DNA of 64,000 nucleotides from Flaccisagitta enflata (Eukaryota), in NCBI GenBank assembly GCA_965153355.1, contig OZ231126.1, forward strand, positions 13,206,001 to 13,270,000, written 5' to 3'. The position numbers were made by a program, and so were the translations under genes. Shown one piece after another: positions 56,181-64,000 of this stretch (the stretch's first letter is position 1; each line of letters starts with the position of its first letter). Under the pieces are notes generated by a model that searched no databases, was not told the origin of the DNA, and saw only the letters and a list, made by a program, of their open reading frames with translations.

Positions 56181-59100
56181 CTTTAGTCGCGTGCTACATT
56201 ACTCTAGTCTCCACACCCCGCTACGTCAGTCAGTCGGTCGGTCGGTTGGCCAGTCACCTTTTGGGCAGCGGCCCCAAAGAGACGAAGTCCCTGAGCCTGA
56301 ATCTGTCTGTCCGTACGTCGTCCGTCCCCCACACCCTCAGGGCCGTCTCCTTTGGGCCAAATCAAACTGTGCCCAAATCCAAGCAAAATGGCCTTAATCC
56401 AGTCAAAATGGGCCAAATCCAGGCAAAATGGGCCAAATCCAGGCAAAAGGGCCCAAAACCAAGCAAAATGGGCCAAATCTGGCTAGAAAAACTGAATACT
56501 GGCCTGAGTTCTATCATTTTGGCCCCTTAAACTTAGATTCCGGCTCCTGTATCCCTCAACCTAACCATAGACACCCAGATCCTGGCCTTTGGGACCCAGA
56601 TTCTGACCTCCAAGACCTAGGTTCTGGCCTTACAGACCTAAATCCTAGCCTCAGAGGCCCAAATCCTGGCCTCAGAGACGGAATTCCTGGCCTCTGAGAC
56701 CAAGAAATTGGTCTCTGAGACCCAAATTTTGGTCTCAGAGACCCAGATCCTGGCCTACTCCTCCCTCAATATAACCCACAAACTATAAAAGGGCAAGGGT
56801 ACCATTATCCACATACTGCCTTTTGTCATTTCTCCATGGTTTTCAATGAAAATTTGAATAACAGGGCATCCTGGACAGAGGGAAGACAGACAGAAGGACG
56901 GACGGACGGACGGACGGATGGATGGACGGACAGACAGATTCCCCCTGTGTTCTAAAGGACTTCGTCCCCTTCGGGGCCGCTGCCCTGCTCCCTCTCAACC
57001 TAAATCACTTTCTACTCAAGCAGGGCACGGGTACCGCTGACCACTTACTGCCTTTGGGCTGCTATTCCTTATTTGGTCCCCTTTTGGGCAGCGGACCCAA
57101 AGGGGCCGATGACCTATGCTTTCACACATAGGGAAAATTTTTCCTTCTCCTCCTCCTCCTTTTTGGGCAGCGGCCCCAAACGGCCAATGTCCTGTAGGAC
57201 ACAGAGGGGAATTTCCGTACGTCCATACGTCCGTACGTCCCGTACGTCCGTCGTCCACCGTGCGTCTCCCCCCCTGAGGCCCCTCTCAGGCCCCAAATCA
57301 GCCCTCTCAAGCCCAAAATTGGTCCTCTGAAACCCAAAATCAGCCCTCTCAGGCCCAAAACTCAACCTCTCAAACCCATAATTAGCCCTCTCAGGCCCTG
57401 AAGTCAGCCTCCTCAGGCCAAAAAAAGTCCTCTCAGGCCCAAAATCAGCCCCTCAGCTCCAAAATTAGCTCTCTTATACCCTCAATAAGCCTTGTCAGGC
57501 TAAAAATCAAGCATTTCAGGCCTGAAACCAGCCCTATAAAACCTAGAATCTGATCACTTGTGTCTCAATTCAGCCTTCAAAATAACCCTCTCAGGTCTCT
57601 AATCTTCCCTAATCCTTGATGCTATTCAACCCCTTGACCCCCAAATCAGCCCTTACATGCCTCATTACTGTGCTTCAATTGATCTAATCAGCCCTTTAAT
57701 GTGCCTTCTCAGGACCTCTGGAAATTCACCCCTGTATCCTACAGGACATCGGCCCTTTGGGGCCGCTGCCCTGCTCTCACTCCACTTCGTCAGTTAATCA
57801 CTCCAAGCAGGGCATCGGGTACCGCTGACCATGTGCAATCCTTGGATGACTAGTTCTTCTCCATCCACCCCCTCAAGCCTCAAATCCAGCTTTGAAGCCC
57901 AAAATCTAGCCTCGATGCTCGAATCCAGCTCTCAAAGCTCAAAACCCAGCCTCCAAGTTCAAATTTCAGCCTCAGAGCCCAAAATTTAGCCTTGAGGCTC
58001 AAATACCAGCCTTGATCCTCAACTTTTGGGCAGCGGCCCCGAAGGGGATGAAGTCCTGTAGAACACAGGGGGACTTTCGTTCGTTCATCCGTTCGTTAGT
58101 TCGTTCGTTAGTTAGTTCGTCCCCCCCCCTTATCAGGCCCCTCAGGCCTAAGATCTGGCCTCTCAGGTCTCAAATATGGCATCTCAGGCCTCAAATCCAG
58201 CCTTTCAGGCCTCTAATCCAGCCTCTCAGGTCTCAAATCCAGCCTCTCAGGCCTCAAATCCAGCCTCTCTGGCCTCAAATCCAGCCTCTCAGGCCTCAAT
58301 CCAACCTCTCTGTGGCCTCAATCCAGCCTCTCAGGCCTTAATCCAGCCTCTCAGGCCTCAAATCCGGCCTCACAGGTCTCAAACCTGGCCTTTCAGACCT
58401 CAAGCTAGGCCTCATAAGCCTCTAATCCAAATTCCCATGCCTCAAACCTGTCCTCATGCCTCAAGTGGGCCTCAAGTTAGTCCTCTCAAGCTTCCAATTG
58501 GCATTCTCAAGCCTTCTTAGACCTCAATTTAAGCTCTTGAAGGCCTTCAGTCAACCTCTATGAAGCATCCACGTAAAGCAGGACGACAAAAGTCCCCTGT
58601 GTTCTGGGACTTCATCCCCTCCAGGCCGCCCTCTTCCCCTCACTCCAACTCACAATCACTCAAAGCAGGGCGAAGGGTATCGCTGACCATATATTGCCCT
58701 TGGGCGACCTGTTAGGCTTGAGACACAAATCCCAGCCTTGAGGCTCTAATCCCAGCCTTGAGGCTCAAATCCCAGCCTTGAGGCTCAAATCCCTGTCTCA
58801 AGCCTCAAATCCCAGCCTTTAGGCTCAAATCCCAGCCTCAAGGCTCAAATCCCAACCTTGGGGCTCAAATCCCAACCTTGTGGCTCAAATCCTAGCTTTG
58901 AGGCTTAAATCCTAGCTTCAAGGCTCAAATTCTTGCAGCAAGACTCAAATTCGAGCCTCAAGCTTCAAGACTTTCTGAGCATAGGTCATCGGCTCAGACG
59001 GGGCCGCTGCCAATCTCACCATCACACTTCCATACACAAACACAGGGGCAACGGGTACCGCTGACCATCTAACGCTGTTGCGACTATTTACTTTTTCGGC

Positions 59101-59370
59101 GTTTTTTGGGCAGCGGCCCCAAAGGGGACAAAGTCCTGTAGAACACAGGGGGACTATTGTTCGTCATTCTGTCCCTCCGTCCATCCCTTTGTCCGTTCAT
59201 CCCCCCAGGCCCTCTCAGACCTGAAATCTGCCCTCTCAGGCCTGAAATTTACCCTCTCAGGCCTGAAATTTACCCTCTAAGGCCTGAAATTTGCCCTCTC
59301 AGGCTTTGAATCTACATTCTCAAGCCTGAAATCTGCCCTCTCAGGCCTGAAATCTGTCCTCTCAGGCCAA
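56181..59370 (+). mobile_element. HINE host with five inserted GGGCAGCGG-family elements: 56259-57064, 57082-59086 (containing 57160-57855 and 58024-58713), 59102-59370 (truncated)
   Basis: Host fragments ttccttatttggtcccc (57065-57081) and tttactttttcggcg (59087-59101) match contiguous copy A sequence at 7072-7105. Confidence 0.9.
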
Positions 59371-61138
59371 TTTTTTCGCTCTACCGTCCACAAGCTGTAA
59401 CTCTATCTCAACATGTAGACATTCTATACATTCTAACGTCACTCACTAGTTTCAACGCTAACTTTGTTTTTTTTTCACACCACAAGTCTCCTTTCTCCCT
59501 CGCCCTTGAGAAACGGAGAAAGTCAAGCTGGAGACTTCCTTTTTTGCTCCGGTGGGCAGGTTAAAATGGAAAGTGGGCAGGGGAAGAGAAGGAGAGGGAA
59601 GAGGAAGATGAGGAAGAGGAGGAGGATGAGAAGGTTGAAATGGAAATTGGGCAGGATAAGATGGAAAGTCCATACGTTTTGTGGAACCAAAGATCTGCGC
59701 CTTAAACGAAACTCATTTGTCTCTCTCACACCAACGGACGTGCTGCTAGCCATTTCTCCTCGCTTTCTCTCTCTCTCTCTCTCTGCTTTCCTTAAACCAT
59801 TATCAACACTACCACTAATGCTTTAACACCACCACCATCATATCAACGGTTTTCCCCTCGTTCATACTAACCTACCTTACTACAAGCTGATCAACACTAA
59901 TTTATCGATTTTTTTCAATATTACATTTTTCTGTCAGTATAGTTTTGTATTTAGTGCGAATAGCTTTCTCATTAAAGTTTACTATTATTTCTTTTACTTA
60001 TATCTGAGGTAAGGCTCATAACCTTTCACTGACTTCGTAATGGCATCCGTTTATTTTGGCATTTATATTTGTTGATCGGTGGTCATCATTTTCGGGTGTA
60101 TCATCTTAGTTTAATCGACCCCACTTTTTAATCTGGAAAAGCTACTAAAGGTCCTAAAAATGATGTATTCGTGACGATGCACTTATCCCAACGAGTATAT
60201 AATTGAGGCTTATGCGAACACTATGATATTTAAGCAATACAACTAACGTTGAATCTCGATAACCTTCTAACCCCCTAATGGTCGACCTGGGACTGTAACA
60301 TGGTAATGGCTGTATCATTGCAATGGGTAGTTTGGCAGAATTGCAGAAATGTGGTTAATAGGAGGAGAGGGGGAAGGTATTAGTTTGTCGGGGGTTAAAT
60401 AAGTTGTATTGCTATAATATCAATTGTGACTTAATGTACTGTGGGGGGGAGTTTAATGAATGGTATGTGGCAATGTAGTATTAGTTTATAATGGCAACGT
60501 CTGTTTTAGAACAGGGAGGTGTAAATTGGGGACAAGATGTCAGGTTTTCAGGGAAAACGGGGGTCGGTTTTAGATGAGGGTGGTAGACAGGCTGCTTGAG
60601 GCAGAATGTTCTGGTTTGGGTTCTGAAAAAAAGGGGTTTGGGGGTGCGAAGAGAAATGAGACTGGAGCTTTTGGTGCCTCCTTAGTTTCCCATCTTCACT
60701 ATATCATGCTTACTCGCTCTGCCATTGCAGACAATTGTATAAACTGAGGGTGGAATTTCATCTTAATAAAACGTGAAGAAACTGGAGACATGGATGCGGG
60801 AAAAGTTGTAAGAAGTGGAAGCAGAAATGCAAAAGCAGAAGTGAAGAATGTACAACATCTAGTACAAGTGGTAGAAATTTGGAATAGAAAGATGATGAAG
60901 TAGGAATGTTGGCTGGAAAGTGATTTGCCGCTCCCACATCGTTTAGAGAGCCTTTATTTATTCATTCTAGGATCAGGTAAATGTCAATTCATATTCTTCG
61001 CCATTTGACAACATACTCTCCCAGAGTGAGGCGTATATCTGTTTACATTTGGTAGCCCATTCATTTCCGAACTCACGGAACAATATTCATCCCCTCCAAA
61101 GTTCATCTGGTCTTGTTCCAAATGCTCTCCTTTTCTCT

Positions 61139-61198
<60 letters not shown>

Positions 61199-62502
61199 GA
61201 TCGCATTACATACACAAGCCACACATTTCATTTTATTATCCCCTCTCACCTTACGCCCAAATACATCACAATGAAATGTAACTACATCTTCCCAAAAGAA
61301 ACGACTTCTTTTTAGGACTTGAAAAAGTCTCAGGTTTGGCGCGCATAAATTTCCGCATTCTGTGACTCATCAGTAAATCTATGACGTTAAAAATGACGAA
61401 AATGGCTGATCAAAAAGTGTTACCGATAGACGGACGGACTGACCGATCGACGGACCAACGTAACGCGTCGTGTACACGCAATTGAAAACTGATTTTCTCC
61501 GAAGACGCATTCTGTTGACTCTTCAACTCTTACAAACGCGACTTGTCTTTTTCTAGTCTCCCCCAAAAATGCCACGAACCCAAATTACCCCCTGCTATGA
61601 ATTCCCTCTCGCGTATTTGTCACCCAACCATCATTCATTACTTCTGTCACCCAAAATATGATTCAACCTCGACCCAACCGTCCACATTGTGGACTCCACA
61701 ATCCATCCAACCCTTCCCCTCTCTTTTTATTCATCTTATTCATCACCCGTCCTGTTTTGTCTCTCTCATCGTGCCAACGCGTCGAACCCCCGCTTGCTAC
61801 AGATCTGCTCTGCTAATTTCGTTACCTCGACCTAGCTCCCCGATAGACCTTTTCGCATTTATTAGCCATACAAGGTAAACAGCTAACCCCATCTTACCAC
61901 CGAATGATTACATCCAAGCTGTCACCTCCAAATCTCCGCCAAAAATGATACTCGTCATCTCCCTTCACTCATTACTAATCAGCCCCCCCCCCACCGTGAC
62001 TTACCCTTTCCTTCGTTCCCTTCCTTCCTCATTGCGGTCAGGCTCCAACTTACCACTTGTCCCTGTGATTAACTCACCCGTCACCCACCCACCCGTCACC
62101 TTCTATTTGAGCAGCCTTCACTGCAGCCTTCACCTTACCATCCATCGCCGGAAACCTCCCACCCACAACCCACCCACCCGTCAACTTCACCCAATCACCC
62201 ATCACTGTCACCCACACACCCATCACCTTTTCTTCGAGTGGCCTTCACCGCAGTAGTTGGCAAGGTAACAGTCTTAGATTCACTGTCACCTTACCATCCA
62301 TCGCCGGAAACCTCCCACCCACAACCCACCCACCCGTCAACTTCACACAATCACCCATCACTGTCACCCACACACCCATCACCTTTTCTTCGAGTGGCCT
62401 TCACCGAAGTAGTTGGCAAGGTAACAGTCTTGGTTTCACCCACCCATGAATGTCAGCGTTCTTCGACCGGAATTTGCTCGGTAAATCTCAGACAATCTCT
62501 GG

Positions 62503-62556
<54 letters not shown>

Positions 62557-62565
62557 TTGTCTCTA

Positions 62566-62615
<50 letters not shown>

Positions 62616-63085
62616 ACGCTGTCTGACTGATCCTCTCTCTGTCCATTTCTCCGCCTGACTTCATGTTTCTCTCCGTCTCTCTGTCCTTCTGTCTATCTGT
62701 CGTGTGAGTCTGTGTGTCTATCCATCTGTCTATCTATCAATTCTATTGGTTTTTCCGTATCTCCGTTCCTCTGTTCATCGTCCTCTTTCTCTCTTCCTTT
62801 GCAATGCACATGTACAGTGTTGTACACGCAAGCGTGACTTTTTTTTTGGCAGCGGCCCCAAAGGGTCGATGCCTTGTAAAACACAGGCGGGAATTTCCAG
62901 ATGTCAGTCTTTCCGTCTGTTCCCCCCTCTGTTTACTATCAAGGCCTTAAACTAGTCCGCCCAGGTCTCAAATCTGCCCTCCAGGCTTCCTAATTAGCCC
63001 CATGTGCCTCAAATCTGCCCTCCAGACCTTCAATCGGCCCTCCAAGCTTAAAATCAGCCCTCCATATCCATGCCTAAAATTTGCC

Positions 63086-63761
63086 TTTTGGGCAGCGGCC
63101 CCGAAGGGGGACTTTCGTTCGTCCGTTCGATCGTCCGTTCCTTAGTCCCCCCCCTTCATCAAACCCCTCAGGCCTCAAATCTGGCCTTTCATGCCGCAAA
63201 TCCAGCCTCTCAGGTCTCAAATCCAGCCTCCCGGGCCTCAAATCTGGCCTCTCAGGCCTCAAATCAGGCCTCTCAGGCCACAAATCTGGCCTCTCAGGCC
63301 ACAAATCTGGCCTCTCAGGCCTCAAATCTGGCTTCTCAGGCCTCAAATCCAAATTATCAGGCCTCAAACCTGGCCTCTTATGCCTCAAATTAGGCCTCTC
63401 AGGCCTCAAATCAGCCATCTAAACCTATATTTACTGCTCCCAGGCTTCAAATCAGTCCTTTGGCCTTTCAAGCCTTAATCCAGCTCTCTCAAGCCTTAAG
63501 TTAGCCCTCTCAAGCTTCCCATCGGCATTCTGAGGCCTTATATCAGCCTTCTTAGACCTCAGTTTAGGCTCCTGAATGCCTTCAGTCAGCCCTCTATAGC
63601 ATTCCCAGTTCTTCAGGTAGGACAAATGAAAGTCCCCCTGTGTTCTACAGGATTTCGTCCCCTTCGGGGCCGCTGCCCTGCTTCCCCTCACTCCAATTCA
63701 CAATCACTCAAAGCAGGGCAACGGGTATTGCTGACCACATATTGCCCTTGGGCGACCTTTT
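63086..63761 (+). mobile_element. GGGCAGCGG-family element nested in an older family member
   Basis: Both ends present, with a 21-bp minisatellite; absent from the copy A element at 12455-12873. Confidence 0.88.
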
Positions 63762-64000
63762 AGATTTCAAATCTGCTACTCAAGCCTAAATTCTGCCCTC
63801 CAGCCCTCAAAAATGCCTTCAATGGCCTAAATCACTCATCTAAGGCCTGAAATATGTCCCCCTAGGACGTCTGGAAATTCACCCCTGTGTTCTAAAGGAC
63901 ATTGGTTCTTTGGGGCCACTGCCCTACTCTTACTCAACTTCTTTACTGGATCACTCAAAGTCCAAGCAGGGCATCGGGTACCGCAGACCATATACGATTG

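Noticed and set aside
58012-58520. Heptad-repeat ORFs (PLRPQIQ / ASQASNP), also at 63070-63478
   Set aside because: They arise from the 21-bp minisatellite inside non-autonomous elements and are open in several frames.

Overview
Eukaryotic (animal-like) genomic DNA, rich in microsatellites and non-autonomous transposons. Most ORFs in the supplied track are simple-repeat artefacts. Bases 1-12856 (copy A) recur in the same orientation at 45686-63998 (copy B); neither boundary lies inside the window. Comparing the copies exposes many insertions with their empty sites: hAT, Merlin-like and TTAA-flanked elements, a Helitron, and Helentron/DINE-1-like elements. It also reveals a spliced minus-strand gene that the ORF track misses, whose first exon resembles the ciliary protein HOATZ (recalled motif, not searched). 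Other notable items: a Helitron with Helentron-like subterminal repeats; a family that repeatedly nests into itself and keeps a GGGTACCGCTGACCA motif and a covarying 3' hairpin; a minisatellite built from copies of a splice acceptor; a three-level TIR nest with a Chapaev-like element; a tRNA-derived SINE; and a large Ser/Thr/Pro-rich plus-strand exon at 43447-44349. No autonomous transposase was recognised. All superfamily calls rest on termini and TSDs read by eye.
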